DNA of 64,000 nt, from contig NW_027192198.1 in the NCBI RefSeq assembly GCF_041956535.1, positions 318,714 through 382,713 of the forward strand, in the 5' to 3' direction. The translations under genes and the position numbers were made by a program. A model generated the notes under the pieces. The model did no database searches, was not told where the DNA came from, and saw nothing but the letters and a program-made list of their open reading frames with translations. This document shows positions 1 through 13,200 of this stretch, one piece after another (within the stretch, counting starts at the first letter, position 1; each line of letters starts with the position of its first letter). This DNA is from Calcarisporiella thermophila CBS 279.70 (Eukaryota; Fungi; Calcarisporiellomycota).

Positions 1-11
1 AGTGCAGACTT

Positions 12-83
12 GGGGCGTTGGCGCAATGGTAGCGCGTCCGCCTCCAGAGCGGAAGGTTGGGAGTTCGAGTCTCTCACGTCCCA
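12..83 (+). tRNA. tRNA-Trp(CCA), intronless
   Basis: Cloverleaf: acceptor GGGGCGT/ACGTCCC, D stem GCGC/GCGC, anticodon stem TCCGC/GCGGA with CCA at 44-46, T loop TTCGAGT. A Pol III T-run follows immediately downstream. Confidence 0.97.
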
Positions 84-488
84 ATAGTTTTTATTTTTTT
101 TTATTATCCGAACATATAATGGTACTATTGTTATCGGCAATATTGTTTATTGAATTGATACTATGTCAAGTTTAATCTAATTTTTCAAGGTTATGATAAA
201 GCAATTCAATAAAATTCGGAAAGAGCATTTCCTTTTTGTAAAATTTTCTGAAGGGCTTATTATTATATATGATCGTTCGATATACGGAAAAGAATTTGAA
301 ATATAGTGTTCTTGCAGACTGCGAAGAAACTTGGTGTACTATCATGTAATTATGGATTGCTTTCCCTTCCAAAAAAAATACTGTATAAATATTTCACTTT
401 TGTCATCTATTAGAGATTGATTTGAATCCGCAGCAAAATTTAATTAAATAGGTAAAAACTGTTAACGTTCTTGGACGCGAGAGAGGTG

Positions 489-3400
489 ATGGAGAGGAAA
501 ATGGACTCCCAACCGTCGAAATCCTCAAATATTGTTGCCGATAGCCTTCTCTGCACTTCCCCGCCCACCATTAACGGAGCGGTGGCTATGAGTCGTCCAC
601 ATAGCTTCACTTCCAATTCGCAATTTCAAACCACTAATCCAAGTTCTCAGTCTGCGAGTCGGCTGCCTGTTCGCCGCATCAAAACAGCAATAAATCCGAT
701 AGCTTATTCCACAAAAAGAGTAAGCAATGTGCGCAATTTGGCCCAAAGTCTGCCAGACAATGATTACTTTGATGTGGAAGCAGACGATGAAGGAGAAAAT
801 TCGGGTAGTAGAGATTGTAATGATGTGCCATTTGACGACGAGGAAGATCTGGACTACCAAGTGATTATGGACGACGGAAGTAAAGTGAAAAGAGCCGTAT
901 CTTTGAGTAGTGTCCTCTCGCCACCTTTTATCGATGCTCTTAGACCCGCTTCTTCTCCGTCTAATACAAACGTTAGTATCGCACCTCTTCTTACGAATGA
1001 TTCCGACTCAGACAATAATGCAGACGGCATTTCTCATCCCAATATAACAAGGCGAGGAAGGTGGATATGGAACCACGTGGGAGATTGGATGACTCTGACG
1101 CCAAGAAAGAAAAACATTCTCAAGTGCGCATTAGCGTACTTTTTAGCATCCTTATTTACTTTTATTCCACAGCTTCATGCGTTGGTCGGCTTTAGCTCCC
1201 ATTTGGCGGCCAACGCGACGGTCTTTTTCAAGCCGATGAATACTATAGGTGGCATCACGGAAGCCGCTGGGATTGGTACGCTAAACATAGTTGGATATGG
1301 AGTTTCTTTCCTCTCTTCATCTTCTTTTTCTCTGCATATCAGGTTTAATATACGGCGCATGCGCAGTGTTAGTCTGTATCTTCAGCATGGTCACCGCCGT
1401 ATATTTCAATGATCACGACCAACTTCTCCTTGGCCATTTAGTTACTTTGATTTTCTGGCTAGGGGGGAGTACGTTCATTATATCCTACCTGAAAGCTCGC
1501 TTCGACCGCCCCACCGTCAACACAGCCTCGTCGCTTGCATGCATCATCCTTTTTATAGTTTTGGTCAAGGAGGGCAGCTGGACCCTGGGTCAGTTCACGT
1601 TGAAGGCCATTGTCGGAATTAGTTCTGCAGTTGGAGCAGGCGCTTTAATAAGCATTGGGGTGTGCCGAATTGTGTGGCCTGTTCATGCAACTGAAAAGCT
1701 GAAGTAAGTTCCCTCAAGGTTTGCCCGGTTTAGTTGGGCTAACGCACAGAATCGGCTCTAACTAGCGAGGTTGCCTCCAATCACTTTGCTACATAGAAAG
1801 GATATAAACACTTCGCTTAACTCTTTTCGTATCCTTCTAAAACTTCTCGTCAAAACCTTTCTTCTCGAGTTACCCTATCAGCCTCTTGATTCGAAAAATG
1901 CACTCGCTTCTGAGCTCAAAGAAAACCGTGCGACGTTCACCGCATTGAACAAGTCACTAGCAGAAGCACGACTTGAGTTCACCAATTGCGCTGAGAGGCG
2001 CAAAATGAATGATTATGCCGAGGTGGTCCGCAGCTTGCAGCAGCTTTCAAACTATATGGGAGGTCTACGGGCGAGTTGTGGATTGCAGGAGAAGATATTG
2101 AAGGGGCGGAGGCCTCGTAGGGATTCTGAGTCACCAAGCTCAAGCGAGAGTAGCTCTGAGGATGAGGAGGACGCGTCTTCCTCTGATGAGCCAGAGAGTG
2201 AAACAACTGGAGCCAGTAGTAAAAAGCCTACGGTGAATGGCGACGGTGAAGAGGCCGAAGAAGAGGTCGAGGAAGGCACACGGCTTCTTTTTGATTTTCT
2301 CAGGCATGTTGGAGGACCAATGAAGGCGCTCGCGTACACATGTAAGCGCACGATTGTTCAGCTCCAGGTGGCAATTAATACTGGGGACAAGCATCGCGGC
2401 CTTTCTTCTTTTCTGCCAAATCACCATTCATCACAGCCCGAGTTTTCTGTGGCCTCCTTCACTAAATTGAAGCAAAACCTCAAATCCGCACTATTCCTCT
2501 TCGAGCAAGAGCAAAGAAGGGAGGTGGCCAAGCTCTACAAGCGAAAATGGCGATATAATCGAAAGGCAGAAAATATTGCAAGGCCAAGTGAATATGTATT
2601 TCTAGTCTATTTTTATGTGTTTAATTTGCAAGAGTTTGCTCGCGAGCTACTCCAAATGATCACCAAAGTAAGCATGAACCCTACCCGACTTCTCTGCTAT
2701 CTCCTGTATGATCGAGAATATAATCATTTATTTCAACTTTTTTTTCTCTCAATAGGTTGAAATGCTCTTTAAAAACGATGACAGCCAAAGTACGCTATAC
2801 CTCTCCGACGAGGAAGGAGACAGCGAAACAGGGCATACTTATACGCCTGCTCCACACCCTTCCATATGGAGACGGGCAGCTGGATGCATCCTGCCTGGGT
2901 GCTGCTCACGCTCTACTCAAAATTACACCCCGTTAAGAAGGCACAATTGGTCTGACGGTATCAAGCAGCTGCGAAAACGACACGGATCCGCCCTCATACC
3001 AGCGAATGTGACAGAGCAACACTGGTTTCAGCCGATGGAAAGGGTGAGCGAACTGCTCTCATTTTGCACTTGGGGTCATTTTTATGTGTTTGCTAAAGAA
3101 TACCCGTTATTTTAGAACACAATGGATACATTACACACGCCCCTTCCCCGCACAGTCTGGCGCAGGTTCTTACTCAACATCTGGTCTTGGCTCTCCTATC
3201 TCCGTCAGTTCGAAGTCCTCTTCGCATTCAAGTGCTCCGTCACGGCCATCCTAGCGGCAGTTCCAGCCTTTTTGCATTCTACGCGCCCGATCTTTCGCGA
3301 GTATCGTGGCGAGTGGGCCATCATCACACTGATGGTGGTAATGACGCCGACAGTGGGAGGGACCAATTTAGCCGCGATGTATCGTGTGTTTGGGACCCTG

Positions 3401-4597
3401 ATTGGATGCTACTCTGCCGTGATCATCTATTCACTTTTCCCGGACAATCCGGTGGTGCTCTCGCTCTTCGGCTTTCTGTTCGCGATACCATGTTTCTACG
3501 TGAATCTGTACACTAGCCATCAGAAAATGGGACAATTCACCCTCCTTGCGTACAATCTGGTATGCCTAACCAAGTACAACAATCGTGAGGCCGAGGAGGA
3601 GGTGGAGGTAGAGCTAATTGCTTGGCGGCGCTTTGTTGCCGTCAGCCTCGGGGTTGTGTGTGGGCTCCTTGTCACGAATTATGTTTGGCCGTATGAGGCA
3701 CGGCGAGAGCTGCGAAAGGGCCTGAGTGAGTTCCTGCATCGGATCGCTTGGCTGTACTCGAAGCTCGTGTCGGTCTACTCAGCTCCCTCCGCGCCTCTGC
3801 GGAGTTTATCGGCCTTTGTTGACGCGTTGGAGGAGCACGAGGACGGTGAATCTGAGGCTCGATCGCATCATCGCCGCCGCCGCCGCCGCCGCCATCAGAT
3901 TGATCTGGAGACCGCTCGTGCCGCACTCACGCGGCCTACCATCACCGATTTCGTGGAGATGGAGCTCGCTCTTCACCGGGACCTACTGCGGCTCTTCGAT
4001 CTTCTGGCTTTGACGCCTGGGGAGCCTCGTCTAAAGGGGCCGTTTCCCGTCTCCACCTACTCCCAGATGCTCACCTCGTGCCAGAACATCCTGGACAAAT
4101 TGCTGTGCATTCGTGTGGTGGTGACGCGGGAAGAGTGGTTTTTGTCCGTACGAAGAGATTTCATAATACCTGTGAACAAAGAACGAAAAGAAATGGTAAT
4201 TCGCGCTGCTTGGCTCTTCTCCCTTCACCTTTTTCCACTTCATCCTCCGCTTCCCCTCTCTCTAACCCTTATCTCTTCTTCTCTTTCATTTCAGGTCGGC
4301 AACGTTCTCCTCTACCTCTACGTTCTGTCATCCGCGCTCCACCTCAAAACCCCCCTACCCCCCTACCTTCCCCCCGCGAGACAGTCCTGGCGCAAGTTGA
4401 TCCATCGAATCCGCTCCCTCCCCGTTGTTAAGAAGCGAGTCCTGCTCCACGACGATCAGCACTACATCTTCTACTATGCCTACGCAGTGGCCATGCGAGA
4501 CGTCATCCGGGAGCTCGATAACCTGGGCGTGAAAATGGGGGAGTTGTTTGGCGTGTCGCCGGTCAAGTTTGACGCGTATTTTGGGGGTGAAGACTAG
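489..4597 (+). CDS. Bre4/YGL140C-like membrane protein (aromatic acid exporter / FUSC-like domains), spliced
   Basis: ORFs 471, 1291, 1771, 2762 and 3122 join through GT-AG introns. Two TM bundles (LKCALAYFLASLFTF; EWAIIT..PTVGGT..RVFGTLIG), VWPYEARRELRKGL and EPRLKGPFP motifs. Start is ATG 489 or 501. Confidence 0.85.
3872..3893 (+). repeat. (CGC)7 microsatellite encoding poly-Arg
   Basis: cgccgccgccgccgccgccgc within the Bre4-like CDS (SHHRRRRRRRHQ). Confidence 0.85.
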
Positions 4598-5206
4598 TGG
4601 ATTCAACCACTTAGGATCAGCATTTTCTATCGTCAGCATTCTCATGATTTCCTCTGTTTAAGTGCCCCCTCCCCCCCTCCCACTTCCTCTTATTCCTCCG
4701 CTTGGGAAACCCTTCCCCCCCATCTCTGGGAGCACATACACAAACGAGTTTAACTTCATCCATATTATCAAGTTATTTCAATGTTATTTCAATGTTGTTT
4801 CACGTATTTTTTTTTTTATATTAATTTTTCAATTCACGAGGGTTACTGTATTTTGAGACTAATTTCTGATGGCTGGAGGGGAAAAAAATAGAGAACAAAG
4901 GGTTTACTTAGTTTTGATCATCTTTCACTCATGAACGGAAATATATATTTATGTATATATATGTACACAAAAAAAAAAAAAGATAGAAAACTAGGCGACA
5001 AATTGAAAGTGATAAAAAAAGGGAAACAAATACAGAGTAGAGGAAACAAAGTCAAATTCCAAGCAGAAATAGTAGGGGGAACACTAAGGCGCATTAAACC
5101 AAATACAAGCGCACTAAGTCAAAAGACCACAAAAGAAATCTACTTGTAAATTCTTGAAATAGTTGAGTTGGCAGGCGGAAGTGCATCCAATAACGTCATC
5201 CGCACT

Positions 5207-6345
5207 TCACTGAAAGAAAAGCTCTAGCAGTTCTTTCTCAATCATCGGATAGATTTCGTCGCTCGTTTCCCCAGTAAACGAGTAGAGGATGCCCTGATGG
5301 TCATAATATTCAAGCAAGGGAAGAGTCTGCTGGCGATACTGCTTCAGGCGTGTGCTAAACACTTCCACATTATCATCGGGCCGCTTCTGGAGCGGCTCCC
5401 CCGTCACATCGTCGAGACCAGGGCGCTTGGGTGGGTTATAGCTGAGGTTGTAGACTCGGCCGGAGGGAATATGCACCCAACGATCTGTCCTCGCCCCCAT
5501 AATATAGAAGGTTAAAAAATCGCAAGACATAGATGAGATAATATGTGAGATATACCAAGAATCCGCTGTAGGATCACGTCCTCAGGGACGTCCAGATTAA
5601 TGACCATATTCAATGGCTTCCCTTCCTCCGATAAAAACTCGTCGAGCATAATGGCCTGGTTCTGGTTGCGGGGAAAACCATCGAGTAGCCAGTTCTATGA
5701 AGAAAATACCGAGGGTAAATAACGAGGGTTGTGGGTGAGAGTCGGTAACGGAATCCAAAATTTTAGCGGTTAAGGAGAAAAAATAGAATAAGAAAAGAGA
5801 TGTACCTGATATTGAAGGCTGGAGATTTCCTCGCCTAAGAGTTTAACCATAATATCATCCGGAACGAGAGCTAACGCAAAAATGGAAATAGAAAAAGCGG
5901 TTGGTTAGTCATCATCGTCATGTACGATTAGGCAACGAAAGAAAGAAGGCTCACCTCCTTTTGCCATGGCTTCTGAGGCTTGCTGCCCTATCTTCGTGCC
6001 CGCCGCGATATTTCTCCTCAACAAATCTCCACTGGACACGCACTGCACATCGAATCTCTCATTGATTTTCTTGGACTGCGTGCCCTTTCCTGCGCCAGGA
6101 CTGCCGATGAGCAACATCCTGAGGGGAACATTTTGCTGGCGAAGATTCGGATGTTTTTGCTTCGGCAAAAGAGAGGGGGGAGGCGGCGGGTAAGCGTCTA
6201 CCTCGGACTTGGGCAGAGGAGCTGGCGAGACAAGGCTCGCAGACCGGTTGCGAGAGGTGTGTAGCCAATGCCTAGTTTTGTGCTTGGATTGGACGGATGT
6301 GGAATTAATATGGTTTACTGGGCGATTTAAAAAACGGATAAACAT
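5207..6345 (-). CDS. ADK2: Mitochondrial GTP:AMP phosphotransferase (AK3-type adenylate kinase), spliced
   Basis: GSPGAGKGT P-loop, SSGDLLR, WLLDGFPR, LID RWVHIPSGRVYN..DDVTGEPL..RPDD. Arg-rich N-terminal presequence. Confidence 0.9.
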
Positions 6346-6590
6346 TGAAATGCCTTCAAAAAATATTAATCAATGGCGGTCCTAATCTTTGGTGCTTCAA
6401 CAAGAGAGGAAAGATAAACATTCAACAGGGGGGATCTTATGTTTGCGCCATGTGACCTCCACCCATCTTGATGAGATCATCAATTTGAGATAAGAAACTT
6501 TAAATCCAGGTTCTCAGAGTTTCAGACGGGCCTACATGTTTCAAAGTGGATCGAAAAAAGCATTCCGCACTTCCATTCTTTTCCCACCTC

Positions 6591-8571
6591 TCAAATAAAC
6601 TTCTTCTCACTTAATTCCAATCTCCGCCGATACTGCATATAGGCAAACACAAGGCCGGCCTGCATGATGAAGAATACGAGCCCATACCCGAGCATACTCC
6701 ACGCGCCGATTCCTCTGGAGAGGTGCTGCGCTGCCTCGGCGAGCCCGCTGTGCAGGTTGCGAAGTTGAGCGTTTGCGCGATTCTATTAAACCGGAAGAAG
6801 GCACGGCGTCAGAGGTTAGTGAGAGAGAGCAATCCACACTATAGAGCGGTCAACTAACGTCAAATCCGTCCACTTTTGAGCCGATCTGCTTGACTTCCTC
6901 GCGGAGCGTCCGTAGATTGTCCAGTTTCATATTTAATTCGTGGACGGAATTCCTGCATCCAGTAAAGCAAAGGTATAGAGGCGGTTAGAAAAGCGATGGG
7001 GGACGATCCACAAACAAGTTTGTCTGAATACATTATTATGCTGAGGTCTGGCGATGATTCCCCGGACGAAGACACGCCCAGCGTGTCTAGTCGCCGATGT
7101 AACATGTTAAGGCTCTCAATGATACGCAGCTGCGACTCGAGTAGTTGATTCTAATGGGGGACAGAAAATGTGTTCGAAAGCTAAATAGGGAGTCTGATGC
7201 GCAGAATCTACTTACTAGCACTTCTCCTCCAAGTTTATTCCATTCCTCTTCATTCCGCTTCAGGCCTCGCACGTTCTCTTGCACCTTTTCAATCCTCTAC
7301 AAGAATAGTTTTGAATTGAGCAAAGAAACAAAAGAAAATGGTGGGCATCACTTCATTGTATGCAGATATTTACCTGTTTTTCCTCCATGCTAACTCCCTT
7401 GAACTCTTGCCCTTTTTGTTTTTTGACCTCCTCGAATGGTCGTGAGGGATGCTAGGAAAAGGTGAGAGCTTAGTAATTGGGGATGAAAAAATGGGTAAGG
7501 AGAAACTGGACAATACCATTGTCTTTTCGGGTGGATTAAGCTGATAGATTTCGAGAGATATCAAGTCATGATCATCTAAGCAAAGATAGCAAACTATGAA
7601 GCAATATCCAACTTGAGATGACTCTATAGGTTTTGCATACCTGCTGGTTTTCCTGCGAGAGCCTATATGTATCAGTATATCAGAGGTCACAGAAAAGCCC
7701 AGCTTTCGCGCAGAAACCATTGAAACTTACCGAGATGCCAAAGTAGTAGTCAGCAGGCAATTGTACATTTTCAGCCTCGAAGCAAGGAATATAGCTCTCT
7801 CCTTTGTTGATTAGATCGGTTGCAACCTGCAATGTTTGGTTGGCGTGGTATGTAATACGTGCATATACCACCGACTTGGGTGCGCGCAATTCGCGAAAAC
7901 ATGATGCAAGCTCACGGGCAGGAATCTCTTCACTGGAGAAAGCTTGCACCCCATTGTTCATTGCGGCACGGATAACAGGATTACGCTAAGGGGAGGAGAG
8001 ACATCAATGATGCGTTGATGAATGGACTACTTTATCAGTCAAGCACGAAAACTACTTCTTCCGCTTGGTCCTTGCTCTTGGCTCCGGAGTCGAAAAAGAT
8101 CCCCAAACCTGTCCACTTTGGCCCGCTTCCGAAAATGGGGCCCTCTTGCATCCTCTCCCGAGTATACCAGAAAGCGATTCCATCGCCCCCATTTGCGTGG
8201 CGGGGCGTGATGCGGAATGCGAATTCAGCCTCCCACTCGGGATAAGGATTTGGCAGCTGGCCCCAGAGTGCTCCTTTCAGCCCGGGTATGCTAGGGGCTA
8301 GCCGAATAAAATCTTGGCCTTTGAAGACATCTAAACCCAACAGAGGAAAAATGAGAGGAATGAAAAAAGAGGAATACCGAGGTGTTAAGTCCACAAGCAA
8401 TTAACCTCCAGAGGCGTCATAGTAAGGGATGGTGCGATTGTAATAGTAGGGGGACTTGATGGCCATTTTGTAGTCGTGCTTGCGCCGGACGCGGGTGGAT
8501 GGCGTCTGGGCGCATATTAATCCCAATAGACACAATGCTGCCCATGAGATTAGTATTAATCGCTGGATCAT
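6591..8571 (-). CDS. L-type lectin cargo receptor (ERGIC-53/LMAN1/Emp47-like), spliced
   Basis: Signal peptide MIQRLILISWAALCLLGLICA from ATG 8571, GDGIAFWY..GPIFG..GLGIFFDS, YFGISA..DDHDL, coiled coil. The C-terminal TM is followed by RRRLELSEKKFI-stop (KKxx retrieval signal). Confidence 0.88.
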
Positions 8572-9402
8572 CGTGCCGGATATTCGCTCTGGGTTCGCGT
8601 CAGAGGATGGGGAAATCCGATTTGGTGCATGTCGGGATTTTCTGTGGCTTGTGCCAATTCGTGATTCATCGCGTATGAGCTGCGCGAGGACTGGGGCAGG
8701 AAGGGGGCAGATATGCGTGAGATATCAGATTTCGGCATGCAAGCGAGCAATAAAAGAAATTCGAAACTAGAATCAACAAAAAGAACACGCTCCACTGGCC
8801 GTCCAGTGCCCTCGTCCCAGCCTGTCAGTCCTAGGCCCGATGGGCTCAAGGGCGGGCAAGCATCGCGATTTTTGCAGTTTTTGCCACCGAACTGAGCCGC
8901 CAGATCATTTGACAATGGCGGGCGGCTATCCTGCACTATCCTCGCTTGCAACCTTAACTTCAAGTGACCTTAGGCCGGTCGCGTGTGGTTCATTGTTTTA
9001 TTTCTGCATGGGTGTCGGGCAGACACCCTGTGAGCGGTTTTTTTTTTCTCTGCGCTTCTGTCGGCGAGGTCGACCGGTCCTCCCTTAAACTTCTTAAAAA
9101 TATCCACTCGCCTTCCTTCTTCTTCCTCCCCAGCCACTTTTTCACTTTCATTCCTCTTCCTTATCCGCAGTGTAAGGGCTTTTCTCGTATTTTTTATACG
9201 TCTTATTTTTTTTTTTCCTGTCCCTCCCTCCCACCCCTCCCCTAGCCTTCTTTTTTTTTTTCTCCTTCCTCCTCTATTTTGAATTCATATTCCAACCCTT
9301 GTCTTACATTGGTGTCTTCTCATTTCCGTTCCAGCATTGTTAATGATAAGCATTCGCACTTAGTGCTTGCGGCGTTATCTGTGTTGTATCACCTCTCGCT
9401 CA

Positions 9403-12133
9403 ATGACAACCCACGTGGAACATGTCGATCGCATGGAACACCCCACCGACACCAAATCCTTCGCCAACGGAGAAATGAATGCCGAGCCCCACGCCACACA
9501 GCCCTACCCACCTCCACAAGCTTCGTCCGAAGCGGGAGACAATGAATTCGCCCCCCCCGGACCGCAGCCGACGACCAGACACGATGAACACGTCGCTGCT
9601 CCGCAATTTCTGCCATTTGTTGGCTACATAGAACCACCCGTCGGCACCTATCCCTCGACCGCCTACATGGTCATGCCGTACGGAGGCTATTACACAGCGG
9701 GCTATTATTACGATCCCTCCAGTCTCACAAGCACCTCCACTCACCCTTCCCCAATGTATGCTGGGTATCCTGTAGCCATGGATGCCTCCATGACTGCAGC
9801 AGCATACCCGTACGGATTTATGCCCGTGCAACCTCCCCCACAGCATCCCTCCCACCAGCACCGCCCCGCTCATATGCATACTTCTCCTCCCGCCGGCACC
9901 CCTGTGCATTCTGGTTACGGTACGCCCGTTATGCGGCCCCATGCCCCGGGGCCTGGTGGGGGAATGCGTGGGCGTCGCCATTCGTCTATGACCGCGCCAC
10001 CCTCGCTCTCGCATTTCCCGGTGCGATCCTCCTCGGGATCCGCCATTAACCACTTTCCGCGAGGAGAAAGCAATGGGCACTCTGGCCCCGTAATGTCGAG
10101 GACCCCCTCCGCCGCATATGCCCCAGCATATAAACACCCGAAAGATTTGGCGATGTGGGTGGGGAATTTGCCCGATGATACGGTCACGGAGGAGTTGTAT
10201 GCTTTCTTCTCGGACCCGCAGGTCGAGGTATACCCCCTCCCGATCCTTGTACACAACTCTTCTGCGTTACTAACCCCATTTTCTCTCGCCATCCCAGAGT
10301 ATCCATCACCTACCAAAGTCCAACTGCGCGTTTGTGAACTTCAAGAGTCGAGACGCACTTTTGGCGGGGCTCGAAAAATATCATAACAAAGGTATGTCTA
10401 TCCCGAAGCAAGCCCCCCCACCTCCCCTACTCATCCCTGTCCACTTTCTTTTGCATGCTGGGTAGAGTTCCATGGTGCGCGTTTAGTCTGCCGGCCCCAG
10501 AGGGTAATCAATTCGTCACGCACTGCTCCGGCCGTGTACAATCTGCATACTAAATGCATTTCTTTTTATTCTTTCATCTTAGCCACTCTCACAGGAGAGC
10601 CTACAACCGGTTGCCTGGCCAAATTTCCCCAATACTTTCAATGTCCCGCCCCGCTATCAAAACCATACCTCAGCCAATAGTTCTCCCTCACGCAAATGTA
10701 AGGAACGCTTTTTCATATTAAAGAGCCTAACGCAGGATGATTTGGACATCTCCGTTGGGACCGGGCTATGGGCAACCCAGCCGCGCAACGAAGCGATGCT
10801 AAACAATGCATACAAGGTACCGGCTCGCCCTTCTGGTGACGAGATTTTGTCAAAGCTTCTCACAATAATCCTCTTTGGTGACCTTCTTTTTCGCCTCTTT
10901 TGTGGTCTAGGATGCGGACACGGTGTATCTCATTTACAGCGCAAACAAGAGTGGAGAATTTTACGGCTTTGCTCGGATGGCAGGCCAAATAAGCACGCCA
11001 TCTCGCAAGGTGCACTGGGCACCTGTGCACAAGGATGAGCAAGCAGGTTCGAGCGATGAAAAGGAGGACGAAAACAATAGAGGGGAGGCCCAAGGCCCTC
11101 ATAATGGTTTAGGTGAACAACAGGGGGAGGGCGAGGAAGGCGAGACGGATGAGGAGAAGACGGACTATGGCGAAGAGGGGGGGAAGGATAAGCGATGGGG
11201 GAGCGAATTTAAGGTCCAATGGATGATGCTGTAAGTCTTTCTTCGTTTCAGCAGTTCTTCCGAGCTGTGTTGCTCAAATGCCTCCTGCTCTTCATACCCG
11301 CTAGGCAAAAGCTCCCTTTTACCCAGACCAGACATCTCCGTAACCCCTGGAACGCCAACCGCGAAGTCAAAGTGTCTCGTGATGGCACGGAGCTTGAGAC
11401 TTCGGTCGGGGAGGCTCTCATCCGGGAATTCTACCGCTACGAGCAAATGCAGCGGGAATTGGCTGCGATTCCCGCCTTGCAAAAGTCTCCCCCACCCATG
11501 GCATCGGGAGCCGGCCTTGGAAATGCAGCGGTGCGTCCCGCACGCCCTCCTCCTCAATTTGGAGTGCATCCCCCCACACATCCAGGTGCTGTATACCACC
11601 AAGGCCTACCGATGGCTCCGTCTCAAACTACGCCCCACCCCCAGGGCGGCGTGATGTGGCACAAACAGGCTGCGGGAGCTTACGCTGCCTCTTATCGCCC
11701 ACCTGTCTACCCTGGATCAGGCGGCCCACATCCGCACCCGACTCACGTGCCGGTGCCGCATCCACCCCCTACACAGCAAGAGCACCCAACCAACCAACAA
11801 CCCCCGCAACAGCCTCAGCCCTTCAGACAAGAAGCATGGGAGCAGCCCCAGCCCCAACCTCAACCCCCTCAGCAAGCACAACCATGGTATGCGGGCCCTG
11901 TGCCTCCCTACTATGCCTATCCAATGGGCAACCACCCTCCGCAACCTCACCAGCCATCTCCGCTGATTCCAATGTTACCCCCTCCTGTCTCCGACACGGT
12001 CACCAGTCCCACGAGCGAAGATTCAAAAGCAGAGCAAGCGGCTGGAACTAAGAACTCCGCAGCGGATGAGGTCCTGGACAAAGAGGTGGAGAAAGGCATG
12101 AAGAATCTAGCCATCACAGAGAAGGGTGCATAG
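9403..12133 (+). CDS. RRM + YTH domain RNA-binding protein, spliced
   Basis: RRM (MWVGNLP..SNCAFVNF) and YTH (RFFILKS..GLWATQ..LIYSANKSGEFYGFARM..WG..FKVQW..LRNPWNANREVKVSRDGTE). P/Q/Y-rich low-complexity ends. Confidence 0.9.
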
Positions 12134-12604
12134 TCCAGCCCAGGTGTGTTTTGGTCTGGCTCTTGGATGGACGGGGTGATCCCCTTTCTCATGTTTTATT
12201 ATCTTTTTTTTTTTTTTACTTGTTGATATTTCCCGATCGTTCGCATTCTTCCTCTTTTTCCATATATTTCCCCCCCCTCTTTTTAACCTCAAAATATTCA
12301 TAGCTTCCTTTGAGATTGTACCCTTTTCTGTTTTTTTTATTATTAGGACGGAAGAGGTGTGTTTTGCACTTTATTTTTTTTTTCAATATTTGGGAGATAT
12401 ATATTGGGATTTTTCCTCTGCCTTCTATTCTCTTTATTTTTTCCCCCTTCTTACTCTCTTGATTCCTTCTCTTCTTTCCACTCTCTCTTCTTTTTTCTAT
12501 TTTCATTTCTCTCATCTTTGGCTTTTTTTCTTTTTTCTATTAGTTATCTATTTTTTTATTCTGTTTCTCTATTGTATAAACAATAAAAAAAAATCCCGAA
12601 AATA

Positions 12605-13200
12605 GAGGATGCTTATCACGATAATCCCTTGGGCACCTTTTTTTACGCGAGCATTCCGTGAAATCTCCTCCAAACTCTTTGGAGGCTCTGCCCTGGCTTC
12701 AGGAGGAGAAGAAGGAAAAGGTACGGGGGATCTTTCCCCACCGTGAAAATAATAAGACCAAACCTGTCCCCAGCCTCAGATCGCATACCAAATATGGAAA
12801 GGATACGTTCCTCTCAAACCCGGTATCGACCTGAATCCCATCGAGCTGAAACCCCTTGTTTTGAGTGTAACTCCGATTGCTCGGGGGAAGCGAGCTGCGG
12901 AATGGAGTGACTCCTCGTTCTCGGCTGCGACTCTTTCGCACCGCGTATTGGTCAGTAGGAGCGTGGACTCGTTCGGGCTCCCTACTGGTTAGAACCTCCT
13001 CTTTCCCTCCCCTCTCTCCATCACCTACCTACATTCCGGAAGTCCGGGAGGATGTGCAAAATACCAATCCAACCAGGCTAAAAACGTTGGATTTGGGTAG
13101 AATTAAAAGAAGCCCGCTGTTTGCAGTCTACAGCCCAGGGGTAGATGGGTTAGGGGCGACGTTTATTAGCGATCAGTGCTGAGAACAGCAGGCAAAGAGG
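12605..13200 (-). ncRNA. Candidate large structured ncRNA (telomerase-RNA-like hypothesis)
   Basis: Non-coding GC-balanced island between AT-rich 3' UTRs, with at least 8 hairpins and several long-range helices whose G-U pairs work only on the minus strand. CCCCUAACCC at 13156-13147 and a TATA-like element at 13241-13250. Confidence 0.45.

Noticed and set aside
37-53. tRNA-Trp as a UGA-readthrough variant with a 4-bp anticodon stem
   Set aside because: The anticodon stem is a full 5 bp (TCCGC/GCGGA), and the gene models here need no in-frame UGA.
12190-12600. Phe- or Lys-rich short ORFs and T/A tracts
   Set aside because: Low-complexity 3' UTR sequence; the same pattern occurs at 4640-5150 and 34500-35000.
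12798-12806. U12-type 5' splice-site sequence GTATCCTTT (minus strand; also plus strand at 62701)
   Set aside because: There is no TCCTTAAC branch site downstream and no host exon. No minor introns were needed in the gene models I parsed.
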